From an uncultured Gammaproteobacteria bacterium (GTDB lineage Bacteria; Pseudomonadota; Gammaproteobacteria; CAWCPV01), in assembly GCA_963797555.1 (NCBI GenBank), contig CAWCPV010000014.1, positions 288,001 to 352,000 on the forward strand: a stretch of 64,000 nucleotides of DNA. Reading direction: 5' to 3'. The position numbers and the translations under genes were made by a program. Position 1 is the first letter of the stretch. Each line of letters starts with the position of its first letter. Shown piece after piece: positions 52,759 through 63,417 of this stretch. The notes under the pieces are model-generated. The model saw only the letters and a list, made by a program, of their open reading frames with translations. It made no database searches and was not told where the DNA came from.

Positions 52759-52794
52759 AAGTGTATAGCCCACAAAAATTAAGGCAACATTAAC
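52759..52794 (-). promoter_or_regulatory. Putative promoter with TTAAT-N6-TTAAT direct repeat
   Basis: Minus strand GTTAATGTTGCCTTAAT...TATACACTT. Confidence 0.55.
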
Positions 52795-53289
52795 AAAGCT
52801 CAACCCGCCGTACTGGCCGGAGTGGTACGGGTCCGAGAGATCATCCGCGAGGGAGAGTTCGAGGTCGTACCGTTTCCCCGAGTTTTTCCCGGTCCGAAAA
52901 CGGCGAGATCGGCCGCACCGTGTCCGGCGATGACTCCTCGGATCATGTGCCGCGCCGAGACGCGACCGGCGTGTGCACGCGTAGCGCCCGCAGCACCACT
53001 CCCCGCAGTAGGATTCCGTGAGATGCGAGCGCGAGGTGCCGCGACTGAATTGGCAGGGCGGCAAGCGCTAAGCCAGCTCAGGGCGCACCCACAGCGCCGG
53101 CGCTGGCCAACCCATGCGCCTTGCGCCCCGACTTGCGGGTGGACGCGCTGGCGGAAAAACCGGGTGCGACCTACACTCGCTATGCGGACGGCGGTGGGCC
53201 GGGAATGCTCTCACTCGTAGCTCGTGGAGAATTGGTCGTGAGCGGCCCGAAGGTTAGGCGGGCGGCGACGTGACATGTTCAGCAGATGG

Positions 53290-53424
53290 GTGAGGAGCGA
53301 TCGAGTGGCAGGATAGCCATTCGGCACGTCCGCGGGACGCCCCGAAGGGGTAGCGTACAGGGAGGTACGCCATGACCGCCGCGCACGCCCGCTATCGGGA
53401 GGCGGAGCACTCCTTCACAAACCT
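53290..53424 (+). repeat. MITE family copy lacking its left end
   Basis: Same core; right end TTCACAAACCT followed by TCA. Confidence 0.8.
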
Positions 53425-53466
53425 TCAGCCGTGCATACCAAAGGGACAGACGGGCTAGCGCCGACC

Positions 53467-54531
53467 ATGCTAGACAGTGAAGAGGTTCAGATTGCGGGTG
53501 CCGGGCCGGCTGGGCTGGCGGCGGCCATTACGCTGGCGCGCGCCGGGCGGCGGGTGGTGGTGCACGAAGCGGCCAAAGAGGTCGGCCACCGATTCCGGCG
53601 CGACCTGCAGGGGATCGAGAACTGGAGCACCGAGGCCGACGTGCTGGACGCGCTGGGTGATCTCGGCGTGACGACGGGCTTCCGGTACATGCCCTGCCGG
53701 CGCGGTACGGTATTCGATGCCTGGGGTGAACCTCATGCGGTTGTGAGTGAACGGCCGCTATTCTACTTGGTGGAGAGGGGGCCGAGAGCGGGCAGCTTGG
53801 ACACTGCTCTCCTGGGGCAAGCGCTCGCGACCGGGGTCGATGTCCGGTTCAACAGCCGCATCCGCCCGCTCCCCGGAGCGGCCGTGATGGCGACCGGTCC
53901 GCAATCAGTGGATGCGATTGCGGTCGGGTATCACTTCGAAACCGACATGCCGAGCGGTTTCTGGGCCATCTGCGACAATCGGTTGGCTCCCGGAGGCTAT
54001 GCATACCTCCTGGTAATGGAGGGCTGGGGCACGGTCAAGACCTGTATGTTTTCTGGATTCGGTCGCCATCGAGAGTATGCGCGCCGCACCGTCGAGGCGT
54101 TTCAGCGGCTCGTCGGGGTGACGCTACACAATCCGCGGCGACACGGAGGAATCGGGAGCTTCGGTCTGACGGAGCCGCGCGCAGGGGCGGCGCAACGGGT
54201 AGCTGGAGAGCAGGCGGGAGCGCAGGATGCTATGTGGGGCTTCGGCATACGCTCGGCGATTCTTTCCGGCTTGCTGGCCGCGCGCAGTCTGCTGGAACAT
54301 GTGGAGTACCGCGACCTCTGGCGCCGCGACCTCGAGCCCCTGCTGCGGACATCCGCCTTCAACCGCGCCGCGTACAGCTTGCTGGGCAATCGGGGGTACC
54401 GGTGGTGTCTGCGCCGACAGGCGGGTCGGGACGCGGGGACTTTCCTGCGGCGTCATCGCGGGCCGTCCCGGTTGAAGTGGTGGATGGCTCCGCTGGTGTG
54501 GGGTTTTCGGCGTCTGAAATCTCGTGCGTAA
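53467..54531 (+). CDS. NAD(P)/FAD-dependent oxidoreductase (geranylgeranyl reductase-like)
   Basis: IAGAGPAGLAAA, APGGYAYLL, GEQAGAQD..WGFGIR. Confidence 0.8.
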   Translation: MLDSEEVQIAGAGPAGLAAAITLARAGRRVVVHEAAKEVGHRFRRDLQGIENWSTEADVLDALGDLGVTTGFRYMPCRRGTVFDAWGEPHAVVSERPLFYLVERGPRAGSLDTALLGQALATGVDVRFNSRIRPLPGAAVMATGPQSVDAIAVGYHFETDMPSGFWAICDNRLAPGGYAYLLVMEGWGTVKTCMFSGFGRHREYARRTVEAFQRLVGVTLHNPRRHGGIGSFGLTEPRAGAAQRVAGEQAGAQDAMWGFGIRSAILSGLLAARSLLEHVEYRDLWRRDLEPLLRTSAFNRAAYSLLGNRGYRWCLRRQAGRDAGTFLRRHRGPSRLKWWMAPLVWGFRRLKSRA

Positions 54532-54773
54532 GTCTGCTGCGCGTCCCCGCGAAGGCGCCCGCCAGCAAACGACGCCCGGCGCGCCCAGGGGAGAGGGTGC
54601 GAGTGGTTTACAGCGTCGTTCTGGACCACGGGGCGTTGTGAGTGTCTCTGCCCGAAAATCTGGCGCAGGCCGGATTGCCGAGCCAGAGCCTCACCTACAG
54701 CGGACAGCAACAACGGCGGCAGTTTGAGGCCGTCCCACCACTTTCCCTGCCGCGGTGCTTCAGGAGCCGTTGC

Positions 54774-55301
54774 CTAGTGTTCGGCGGGCGGCTTGCATGG
54801 CGCGAAAAAGCCTGGATCGCGCAGGGCCTCCTGGCACTTTGCGGCGGTAGCCAGGACTGGCGCGCGGTGGCGCACATCGGCGTGCTCCTGGGTATCCAGG
54901 TCCAGGAGCTGGCGCGCCGCCGAGCAGGGCTGCGAAGCTTCGCACTCCCTGCCTTTCCCACACACCTTGCCGACTAGCTCCGAGCACGCAACATCGGGGT
55001 TGATCTCGGTGACCTCAGACGGAGCCACCGGGCGCTGGGATTCCAGCAGCCCCTTATTGGGGACCATCACGCCGGAGCGGATGGTGATGATGGAGCCGTC
55101 TTCGAGGCGGTGGACACCGTCCCAGAGCTGGGTGGCGTTGCCGCGCGAATCCAGCGCCGTCGCCCGGTTGGTCCTCGGGTCCACCTGCAATCGCGTTCCG
55201 TCCTGCAGGTGGGTCTCGTATGCGTAGCCAGCCGGCGCCAACCAGGCGGTCATCGACAACGCCATCGCGGCAAGGCAACGGAAATGGGAGAAGGCGGCCA
55301 T
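54774..55301 (-). CDS. Secreted hypothetical protein with Cys-rich C-terminus
   Basis: Signal peptide; LWDGVHRLEDGS; six Cys in the C-terminal half. Confidence 0.6.
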   Translation of the reverse strand: MAAFSHFRCLAAMALSMTAWLAPAGYAYETHLQDGTRLQVDPRTNRATALDSRGNATQLWDGVHRLEDGSIITIRSGVMVPNKGLLESQRPVAPSEVTEINPDVACSELVGKVCGKGRECEASQPCSAARQLLDLDTQEHADVRHRAPVLATAAKCQEALRDPGFFAPCKPPAEH

Positions 55302-55544
55302 GGACGAATTTCCCTGCAAATGCTCCGGGTGAGCGGCGCCTTCTAAGATACCGGTGCCGCGAAGCGCTGAAAAGTGCCCGGCGCAGAGTTCGAGCCCCGC
55401 GCAGTCCGATTGCAATTCGCGCGCGCCGTGTCTTCCCGGAGCAGTGGACCCGAGGCCGATGTTGCGAACCGTGCGACTCCCCTTGGGCTTGGCTGGATAT
55501 GTGCTAGACTGCGCAGAGCGCGCGGCGGCAAAGGGGCTTCTGCC

Positions 55545-56450
55545 ATGAGAATAACATTCTACGGTGTGCGTGGTTCGATCCCGGCCCCAGGTGCCCACAC
55601 GGTGAAATATGGGGGCAACACCGCGTGCGTTTTCATTCAGTTCGACGGCGGAAAGCACCTGATCCTGGACGCGGGGACGGGGATCCGCATGCTGGGTCCA
55701 CGGCTGATGACGTCCAGGGACCGCATCAACGTGTACTTGAGCCATGTCCACTGGGACCACATTCAGGGGTTCCCATTTTTTGCTCCCATCTACCAACCCG
55801 GGCGGCAAATCCGCGTGTATCCGAACGCCGTCGACGGATTTACCACGATGGTGGCACTCCTCGGCCAGATGGACGGCGCCAGCTTTCCGGTGCATCGCAA
55901 AGACCTCCCTTCCGACATGCAGTGCGTCGTGGGCCGGGGGTGCGACGTATTGACGGCCGACGGCATCCAGGTCGCCACCCGCTCGCTGAACCATCCCGGC
56001 GGCGGCCGTGCCTTCCGCATCGAGCAGGACGGCGTCTCGTGCGCCTACGTTACCGACAACGAGCTGGAGCCGCCCTATCCTGTAAGCACCCGGCACGAGG
56101 AGTGGGTCGACTTCTGCAAGGGGGCCGATGTCCTCATCCACGATGCCCAATATGTGGAGGCCGATATGCCGCGCAAGCACGGCTGGGGGCATTCGGTGGT
56201 GTCGCAGGTGTGGCGCCTGGCCCTCGATGCGGGTGTGGGCAGCCTCGTCCTGTTTCACCACGACCCTGACCGGTCGGACCGGGAGCTGGACCAGATCCAG
56301 ACACAGAGCGAGACATTCTTCAGTAAGCAGGGGTCCCCTACGCGGGTGATGTGCGCGTGGGAAGGCTTGGTCTTGGACTTGAGGCCGCGCCGGGGACGGG
56401 TACGAGGCGCGTCGGTCGTCGTGACCGACGTGGGCAGCGAGGCCTACTAG
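55545..56450 (+). CDS. MBL-fold metallo-hydrolase
   Basis: FYGVRGSIP, YGGNTAC, SHVHWDHIQG, GWGHS, LFHHDP. Confidence 0.9.
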   Translation: MRITFYGVRGSIPAPGAHTVKYGGNTACVFIQFDGGKHLILDAGTGIRMLGPRLMTSRDRINVYLSHVHWDHIQGFPFFAPIYQPGRQIRVYPNAVDGFTTMVALLGQMDGASFPVHRKDLPSDMQCVVGRGCDVLTADGIQVATRSLNHPGGGRAFRIEQDGVSCAYVTDNELEPPYPVSTRHEEWVDFCKGADVLIHDAQYVEADMPRKHGWGHSVVSQVWRLALDAGVGSLVLFHHDPDRSDRELDQIQTQSETFFSKQGSPTRVMCAWEGLVLDLRPRRGRVRGASVVVTDVGSEAY

Positions 56451-56471
56451 TCAATCTCCAGCCGGGGCTCA

Positions 56472-56703
56472 GAGCTTGTGAAGAGTGAAGAAATCGTCAC
56501 GAGCGGTCCTGGAACATGGCGCACGGAGCCCAGCGGCAAGACATGTCCCGTATCCCGCAGATTTAAGCGTGGAGCGGCCGAATGGCAGGACAGCCATTCG
56601 GCACGTCCGCAGGACGCCCCGAAGGGGTGGCGAACAGGGAGGCACGCCATGACCGCCGCACCACGCCGCTATCGGGACGCGCAGCAAATTCCTTCACATG
56701 CTC
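56472..56703 (+). mobile_element. MITE (232 bp)
   Basis: TCA-GAGCTTGTGAA...TTCACATGCTC-TCA; the right TCA is the proS stop codon. Confidence 0.85.
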
Positions 56704-58416
56704 TCAGGCGGGTGCCATCTGGGCCTTCAGAAAGTCCACCACCCCCGTTATCGGTATATCGCGGCTGTCCCCGTCCGTACGCGGCTTGTACTCCAGAGTA
56801 GCGGCATCGAGGCCGCGCTCGCTCAGGACCAAGCGATGCGGTAAGCCGATGAGGTCCAGGTCCGCAAACATGACCCCCGGCCGCTCGCGGCGGTCGTCGA
56901 ACAGCACCTCGATACCGGCGTCCAGGATCTCGCCGTAAAGCTTCTCCGCGGCCTCCGCGAGTCGTATGGACTTGTGCATGTTGATGGGGACCAAGCCGAC
57001 GTGAAACGGCGCGATCGGCTGCGGCCAGATGATGCCGCGGCTGTCGTGGTTCTGCTCGATGGCGGCGGCCACGATGCGCGAAACGCCGATGCCGTAGCAC
57101 CCCATGGTCATGACAATGCTCTGGCCGTTCTCGTCCAGGCAGGTCGCGCCCATGGCGCGGCTATATTTGTGGCCGAGCTGGAAGATGTGCCCCACTTCGA
57201 TACCCCGCCGGAGGACCAGATTGCCCTCGCCGTCCGGACTCGGATCTCCCTCGGCGACCTTGCGCAGGTCGGCGGTCCGTGCCTCCGGCAGGTCCCGGCC
57301 CCAGTTGACGCCGCGCAGATGTCGGCCATTCACGTTGGCCCCGCAAACGAAGTCGGCCAAGTGGGCGGCTCCGCGATCCACAACGACCGGGACGGGGATC
57401 CCCACCGGTCCCAGGGAGCCCGGATCGCAGCCCACCGCCGCCCCGACCGCCTCCGCCGTGGCAAAAGTCAGGGGCTTGGAGACCTCTTCCAACCTCTCGG
57501 CCTTGGCCGGATTCAGCTCGTGATCACCCCGCAGGACGAGAGCAACGACACCGTCGTCGTGGCCGCGAACGAGCAGGGTCTTGACACACCGCGACGGGGG
57601 GACGCCGAGGAAACGACAGACTTCCTCGATGGTATGCTGCCCGGGCGTCTCCACCGGCTGCAGGCTCTCGCCGGGAGGCGGGCGCTTCGCCGGGGGCGGC
57701 AGGGCTTCCGCCAGCTCCACGTTGGCCGCATAGTCGCTGGCGTCGCTGAAAGCGATAGCGTCTTCGCCGGAGTCGGCGAGGACGTGGAACTCGTGTGAGA
57801 GGCTGCCCCCGATGTTGCCGGTGTCTGCCAGCACAGCCCGGAAATGCAGCCCGGTGCGGGTGAAGATGCGGCTGTACGCCTCGTATATTTGCCGATAGGT
57901 CTCGTCCAGCGACCCCTGATCCAGATGAAAGGAGTAAGCGTCTTTCATCAGGAACTCGCGCGCCCGCATGACCCCGAAACGGGGGCGGATCTCGTCGCGG
58001 AACTTGGTCTGGATCTGGTAGAAATTGGCGGGGAGCTGACGGTAGCTCCGAATCTCGTGACGGATGAGGTCGGTGATGACCTCCTCGTGGGTCGGGCCCA
58101 GACAGAAGCTGCGGTCGTGGCGGTCCTTGAGTCGCAGCAGTTCCGGACCGTACTGGTCCCAGCGCCCGGACTCCTGCCACAGCTCCGCCGGCTGAACCAT
58201 GGGCATCAGGAGCTCCTGTGCCCCGGCGCGGTTCATCTCCTCGCGCACAATGGCTTCCACCTTGCGCAACACGCGCAGACCCAGCGGTAACCAGTTGTAC
58301 ACGCCTGCGGCGAGCTTGCGGATCATGCCCGCGCGCAGCATCAACTGGTGACTGACGATGTCGGCGTCGCCCGGCGTCTCCTTCAGCGTCGCCAGCAGTA
58401 TACGAGAGGTGCGCAT
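56704..58416 (-). CDS. proS: Proline--tRNA ligase
   Basis: [55 protein letters not shown]. Confidence 0.98.
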   Translation of the reverse strand: MRTSRILLATLKETPGDADIVSHQLMLRAGMIRKLAAGVYNWLPLGLRVLRKVEAIVREEMNRAGAQELLMPMVQPAELWQESGRWDQYGPELLRLKDRHDRSFCLGPTHEEVITDLIRHEIRSYRQLPANFYQIQTKFRDEIRPRFGVMRAREFLMKDAYSFHLDQGSLDETYRQIYEAYSRIFTRTGLHFRAVLADTGNIGGSLSHEFHVLADSGEDAIAFSDASDYAANVELAEALPPPAKRPPPGESLQPVETPGQHTIEEVCRFLGVPPSRCVKTLLVRGHDDGVVALVLRGDHELNPAKAERLEEVSKPLTFATAEAVGAAVGCDPGSLGPVGIPVPVVVDRGAAHLADFVCGANVNGRHLRGVNWGRDLPEARTADLRKVAEGDPSPDGEGNLVLRRGIEVGHIFQLGHKYSRAMGATCLDENGQSIVMTMGCYGIGVSRIVAAAIEQNHDSRGIIWPQPIAPFHVGLVPINMHKSIRLAEAAEKLYGEILDAGIEVLFDDRRERPGVMFADLDLIGLPHRLVLSERGLDAATLEYKPRTDGDSRDIPITGVVDFLKAQMAPA

Positions 58417-58565
58417 CTCTGCTCCAAAAGGTTCGTATTCCCGAGCGCAGGGTATCGTCGTCCCGCCGACGACGCTGGCGGTCGTCCCGCGGTCAAGCGT
58501 TCTGTCCGCGCGGCGACGCGACCGGGCGGAAAGCAGGGGCAGGCCGGGCGGCCCCTGCCTCGACC

Positions 58566-59756
58566 TCAGTCATGGACCGTGACCGCGCGCGAAAAACGCT
58601 CCAGTGCCGCGTCGAGGTTCTCCATGCTGGTCGCAAAGGACAGGCGCAGGTGTCCGGGGGCACCGAACGCCGAGCCGGGTACGGGAGCGACCCCTCGCGC
58701 GATGAGATGTTCAGTCAGCTCGATGTCGTTGGAGACGCCGGGGAGCGCCGCCATCACTTCCCGCACGTGCGGGAACGCGTAGAAAGTGCCTTGCCCAGGC
58801 AGACAATGCACGCCCGGGATGCGATTGAGCCCCGCGACCAGTCGATCGTGACGCCGATGGAATGCCTGACACATCGTGTGCACCATGCTCTGGTCGCCGC
58901 TCAAGGCCGCCTGCGCGGCCACCTGCGCGATAGATGTGGGGTTGGAAGTGCTTTGGGACTGGATGTTCTTCATCGCCGCGATGAGGTCCTTTGGGCCTGC
59001 GGCATAGCCGATGCGCCAACCGGTCATGGCGTAGGCCTTGGAGACCCCGTTCAGCACCACGGTGCGCTCAGCGAGGTCGGGGCACGCGTTCACGATGTTG
59101 CAGAAGGGTTCGGTGCCCCACCAGATGTGCTCGTAAATGTCGTCGCTCACCACGACCACTGCCGGATACCGCCTCAGAACGTCGCCGAGCGCCGCCAGCT
59201 CGTCACGAGTGTAGGCAGCGCCGGTGGGGTTCGACGGGCTGTTGATGACCACGAGGCGGGTGAGCGAGGTGATGGAGGCGTCGAGTTGCTCGGGGGTGAT
59301 CTTGAAGCCCCGCTCCATGGAGCCGGCGATGACGACGGGGATGCCGTCCGCGAGCTGAACCATGTCCGGATATGAGGTCCAGTACGGGGCCGGAATGATG
59401 GCCTCTTCACCCCGGTCGAGCAGCGCTTGGACCAGATTGTAGAATGCGTGCTTGGCCCCCACGGACACCACGATTTGGTCCAGCCCGTAATGCAGGTCGT
59501 TCTCGCGGGCGAACTTCTCGCGAACGGCGGCCTTGAGGGCCGGGATGCCGTCCACGGCGGTGTACTTCGTGAACCCCTCGTGTATCGCCTGGACTGCTGC
59601 CGCCTTCACGTGGTCCGGGGTGTCGAAGTCCGGCTCGCCGGCTCCCAAGTCGAGGACATCCTCTCCCGATGCCCGCAGTGCCTTCACCCGCGCGCTCAGG
59701 CTCAGGGTCGGTGAGGGCTTGATGCGGTGCACGCGCGTGGCGAGTCGAATGTCCAA
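58566..59756 (-). CDS. PLP-dependent class I (aspartate) aminotransferase
   Basis: [40 protein letters not shown]; TTG start inferred. Confidence 0.92.
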   Translation of the reverse strand: MDIRLATRVHRIKPSPTLSLSARVKALRASGEDVLDLGAGEPDFDTPDHVKAAAVQAIHEGFTKYTAVDGIPALKAAVREKFARENDLHYGLDQIVVSVGAKHAFYNLVQALLDRGEEAIIPAPYWTSYPDMVQLADGIPVVIAGSMERGFKITPEQLDASITSLTRLVVINSPSNPTGAAYTRDELAALGDVLRRYPAVVVVSDDIYEHIWWGTEPFCNIVNACPDLAERTVVLNGVSKAYAMTGWRIGYAAGPKDLIAAMKNIQSQSTSNPTSIAQVAAQAALSGDQSMVHTMCQAFHRRHDRLVAGLNRIPGVHCLPGQGTFYAFPHVREVMAALPGVSNDIELTEHLIARGVAPVPGSAFGAPGHLRLSFATSMENLDAALERFSRAVTVHD

Positions 59757-59823
59757 GGGGCCTCCGGAGGGTGCGCTCGAAGTGCGTGCTACTATACTGT
59801 AACCCAGTAGCCCCCGCATCCCC

Positions 59824-61848
59824 ATGGCGTTCAGCCTTCACCTCGAGGCCCATTTTCAGCCCAGCGGGGATCAGCCCCAGGCCATCCGCGAGCTGGTGGA
59901 GGGACTGGACGCCGGCGAGGCATCCCTCACGCTCCTCGGCGTAACGGGGTCGGGCAAGACCTTCACTATCGCCAACGTCATTCAGGCCCTGCAACGGGCC
60001 ACGCTGATCCTGGCTCCCAATAAGACGTTGGCCGCTCAGCTCTACGGCGAGTTCCGGGGGTTCTTTCCGCACAACGCGGTCGAGTATTTCGTCTCCTATT
60101 ACGACTATTACCAACCCGAGGCGTACGTTCCCTCCACCGATACTTACATCGAGAAAGACGCCTCTATCAACGAGCACATCGAACAGATGCGCCTGTCGGC
60201 GACCAAGGCGCTACTCGAACGGCCGGATGCCATCATCGTCGCCACTGTCTCCGCCATCTACGGACTGGGCGATCCGCGCGCCTACCTCAGTATGGTGTTG
60301 CATCTGAAGCGCGGCGATGTCGTCGACCAGCGGCTCATCCTCAGGCGCCTCGCCGAGCTGCAGTACACGCGCAACGACGCAGAGCTGCGCCGCGGCACGT
60401 ATCGGGCACGAGGAGAGGTGATCGACATCTTCCCGGCCGAGTCGGATCGCGAGGCGGTGCGGGTGGAGCTGTTCGACGACGAGATCGAGCAGCTCTCCTA
60501 CTTCGAGCCCCTCACCGGGGAGGTGTTGCGCCGGGTTCCGCGGCTGACCGTCTACCCCAAGAGTCACTACGTCACTCCGCGCCAGACGGTGCTCGATGCG
60601 GTGGAGAAGATCAAGGCGGAGCTGACCGAGCGTCTGACCGAGCTACGCGGCCAAAACAAGCTGGTCGAAGCGCAGCGCTTGGAGCAGCGCACGCGCTTCG
60701 ACGTCGAGATGCTGCTGGAGCTCGGTTACTGCAACGGCATCGAGAACTACTCCCGGCACCTCTCTGGGAGACAAGCCGGGGAGCCCCCGCCCACCCTGTT
60801 CGACTACCTGCCGGAGAAGGCTCTCCTGGTGGTGGACGAGAGCCACGTGACCATCCCCCAGTTGGGCGGTATGTACCGCGGCGACCGCTCCCGCAAGGAG
60901 ACGCTGGTGGAGTACGGGTTCCGATTGCCCTCCGCCTTGGACAATCGCCCGCTGCGTTTCGAAGAGTTCGAGGCACGCTCACCGCAGACGGTATTCGTTT
61001 CCGCGACCCCGGGGCCCTACGAGCTGCAGCGTTCCGGCGGGGTAATCGAACAGCTCGTGCGGCCGACGGGGCTGGTGGACCCCGAGGTCGAGATGCGTGC
61101 CGCCAGCACCCAGGTGGACGACTTGCTGTCCGAAGTGCACCGGCGCGTAGCCGCAAACGAGCGGGTACTGGTCACGACGCTCACCAAGCGCATGGCCGAA
61201 GACCTGACTGAGTATCTCGACGAGCACGGCGTGAAGGTCCGTTACCTGCACTCGGACATCGATACCGTGGAGCGGGTGGAGATCGTCCGGGACCTGCGGC
61301 TTGGCAAGTTCAACGTCTTGGTGGGAATCAACCTGCTGCGCGAGGGTCTCGACCTCCCGGAGGTGTCGCTGGTCGCGGTGCTGGATGCCGACAAGGAGGG
61401 TTTCCTGCGCTCGGAACGCTCTCTGATACAGACCATCGGGCGCGCCGCTCGCAACCTCCACGGCAAGGCGATCCTGTACGCCGACCGCTCCACGGGCTCC
61501 ATCGAGGCCGCGATGCAGGAGACCGAGCGGCGGCGGGGCAAACAGATCGCGCACAACGAGTACCACGGCATCACCCCCATGGGGATCCAGAAGGCAGTCC
61601 AGGACATCATGGAGGGTGCCTACAACGTCGGTCCGGGTGCGCCGCGGCGTGCGGCGCGCGTGGCCGAGCCCCTATCGCCCTATGCCTCACTGCCTCCCGA
61701 AAAGCTCATCCGCACCATCAAGCAGCTCGAGCAGCGAATGTACAAGCACGCCCAGGATCTGGAGTTCGAGGAGGCGGCCCGGTTGCGCGACGAGATCCGC
61801 TGCATCAGGGAGCAGTTCGTGGGGGCTGGGGAGGCGAAGGTCGGTTAG
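59824..61848 (+). CDS. uvrB: Excinuclease ABC subunit B
   Basis: [34 protein letters not shown]-terminal UVR domain. Confidence 0.98.
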   Translation: MAFSLHLEAHFQPSGDQPQAIRELVEGLDAGEASLTLLGVTGSGKTFTIANVIQALQRATLILAPNKTLAAQLYGEFRGFFPHNAVEYFVSYYDYYQPEAYVPSTDTYIEKDASINEHIEQMRLSATKALLERPDAIIVATVSAIYGLGDPRAYLSMVLHLKRGDVVDQRLILRRLAELQYTRNDAELRRGTYRARGEVIDIFPAESDREAVRVELFDDEIEQLSYFEPLTGEVLRRVPRLTVYPKSHYVTPRQTVLDAVEKIKAELTERLTELRGQNKLVEAQRLEQRTRFDVEMLLELGYCNGIENYSRHLSGRQAGEPPPTLFDYLPEKALLVVDESHVTIPQLGGMYRGDRSRKETLVEYGFRLPSALDNRPLRFEEFEARSPQTVFVSATPGPYELQRSGGVIEQLVRPTGLVDPEVEMRAASTQVDDLLSEVHRRVAANERVLVTTLTKRMAEDLTEYLDEHGVKVRYLHSDIDTVERVEIVRDLRLGKFNVLVGINLLREGLDLPEVSLVAVLDADKEGFLRSERSLIQTIGRAARNLHGKAILYADRSTGSIEAAMQETERRRGKQIAHNEYHGITPMGIQKAVQDIMEGAYNVGPGAPRRAARVAEPLSPYASLPPEKLIRTIKQLEQRMYKHAQDLEFEEAARLRDEIRCIREQFVGAGEAKVG

Positions 61849-61932
61849 AGGCCGCTTCGCCTGCCGACGCGTTGCACGCAACACCGCAGCCGTGCTATCT
61901 TTTTCGCCATTCTCAGGCGCATAGCTCATTTC

Positions 61933-62007
61933 AGGCGCGTAGCTCAGTGGTAGAGCACTACCTTGACATGGTAGTGGTCGGTGGTTCGATCCCACTCGCG
62001 CCTACCA
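61933..62007 (+). tRNA. tRNA-Val(GAC)
   Basis: Cloverleaf; anticodon arm CTACC-TTGACAT-GGTAG, GGTTCGATCC, encoded CCA. Confidence 0.96.
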
Positions 62008-62286
62008 GCTTTCAGAGGGTGACAAAGGGTTCGGGGTAATGAGCGGGGAATTTCCCCGCCCGAGTTGTCGACCGACCGGGGGCGTTACCTGTAACGCGCT
62101 ACGGTGCTGTTACGATGCCGCTCTGGCAGCAGCAGACAAAAAGAACCCCGCTCAAGGCAGGGTGAAGGAGGAGAGGGGCGTTACCACCACCCCTATGGCG
62201 CAAGGGGATGCTAGCACGTCGGATGTTACGAAATGCTTACGGCTGACGTACAGGACTGGCCGGGCAATGGAGAACCGTTGTCATTT

Positions 62287-62465
62287 GTGACGGTTCTCGA
62301 CCACCGCAGGGCGCGAATCGACAGGGTGTCGCCGTGGGGTGGCTCAGTCGGGCGATCCGGCCTCGGGCGGTATCAGGGTGCAGGGTCGGCGCCGTCTCGT
62401 CCCCCAGCGCCGCAGGAAGTGGCTCCCTGAGGCCAAAACCCCTGCTCAGGGCGGGGTCCAGGGGG
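62287..62465 (+). repeat. Diverged repeat unit A (partner at 63161-63390)
   Basis: Shared blocks GTGACG.T.CTCGAC, AATCGACA, GGGGTGGCTCA, CCGGCCT, GGTATCAGG, TCGGCGCC, GCTCA.GGCGGGGTCCAGGG. Confidence 0.7.
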
Positions 62466-62587
62466 AGGAGTATCACCCTATATAAGTCAGGCGAGATCGC
62501 GGTGCCTGGGATGTCAGTGTGTCGGGTACCGAGTGGCGGGTCAGCGCCTCCGTGCCAGGCACGGCGGACACACCGGGGATCGTGCGA

Positions 62588-63118
62588 ATGAGTTCCACCA
62601 GAAAGCTTGAAGAAGCGCAGTTCTTTCTCGAACTGCTTGATGCGCTTGACCAGCGTCGGCGGCCACTTACCCACGCGGGAGACACGGCAAAGGAATCCTC
62701 GTATCTGTTCGCAGCAGTACTCAACTCCTTCTATTCGGCTATCGCTATCATGCGCGATGAAGAAGGCGTTGACATTGAAGCATTCGTCGACGCGAACCCG
62801 GAGATCTACGCGAGAGCAAAGGACGGAGGTGAACGCGCCAAGACCGTGCACGTCAAGCATACTGATGCCGCATTCTCCGGCTACATCCCGCCGAAGTTCA
62901 ATGAGGCGGGCGCTGACTTCAGAAACACGCCGCTCCTCATCCAAGAGGCACGCATGGCCAGAAAAGGTGGGCCGGGCGCGATCTTTGGGCCAGATCACTA
63001 CATGTTCATTGAGCTGCACGGCGAGTTGAGGCACGTCACTAAGTTCTGTTACGACCACTTCTACCGCCTTCGGGACTTTCATGCCAAAGCTCAAACCAGG
63101 CCGCAAGCCGTGGCTTAA
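62588..63118 (+). CDS. Orphan protein, possible HEPN-like
   Basis: Lower GC; KLEEAQFFL..YLFAAVLNSFYS helices and RAKTVH (R-x4-H). Confidence 0.55.
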   Translation: MSSTRKLEEAQFFLELLDALDQRRRPLTHAGDTAKESSYLFAAVLNSFYSAIAIMRDEEGVDIEAFVDANPEIYARAKDGGERAKTVHVKHTDAAFSGYIPPKFNEAGADFRNTPLLIQEARMARKGGPGAIFGPDHYMFIELHGELRHVTKFCYDHFYRLRDFHAKAQTRPQAVA

Positions 63119-63160
63119 CCCGCCGCCCAGGGCGGAAATCAGGCCAGCTTTTCTCAAAAC

Positions 63161-63390
63161 GTGACGATCCTCGACTACGGCATGAGCGACAATCGACACG
63201 GTTGGGTGCCCGAGCGCGCGGGGTGGCTCAACCGAGCGACCCGGCCTGGGGTGGTATCAGGTGAAGGGGCGGGAAGATCTCGGCGCCTGGACGGCCAGAC
63301 GCAGCCTCACAGGTGGCAAAACGACAGGATCAGCAGCACTCCCACCAGCGCCGGATGGCCACAGCCCGCTCAAGGCGGGGTCCAGGGTGG
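63161..63390 (+). repeat. Diverged repeat unit B
   Basis: See unit A at 62287-62465. Confidence 0.7.
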
Positions 63391-63417
63391 GCGCTCCGAT
63401 GGTGCGTGGGATGACGT

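Noticed and set aside
63112-63160. GCTTAAC over the stop codon as the start of an attC site
   Set aside because: No matching L boxes or downstream GTTRRRY.
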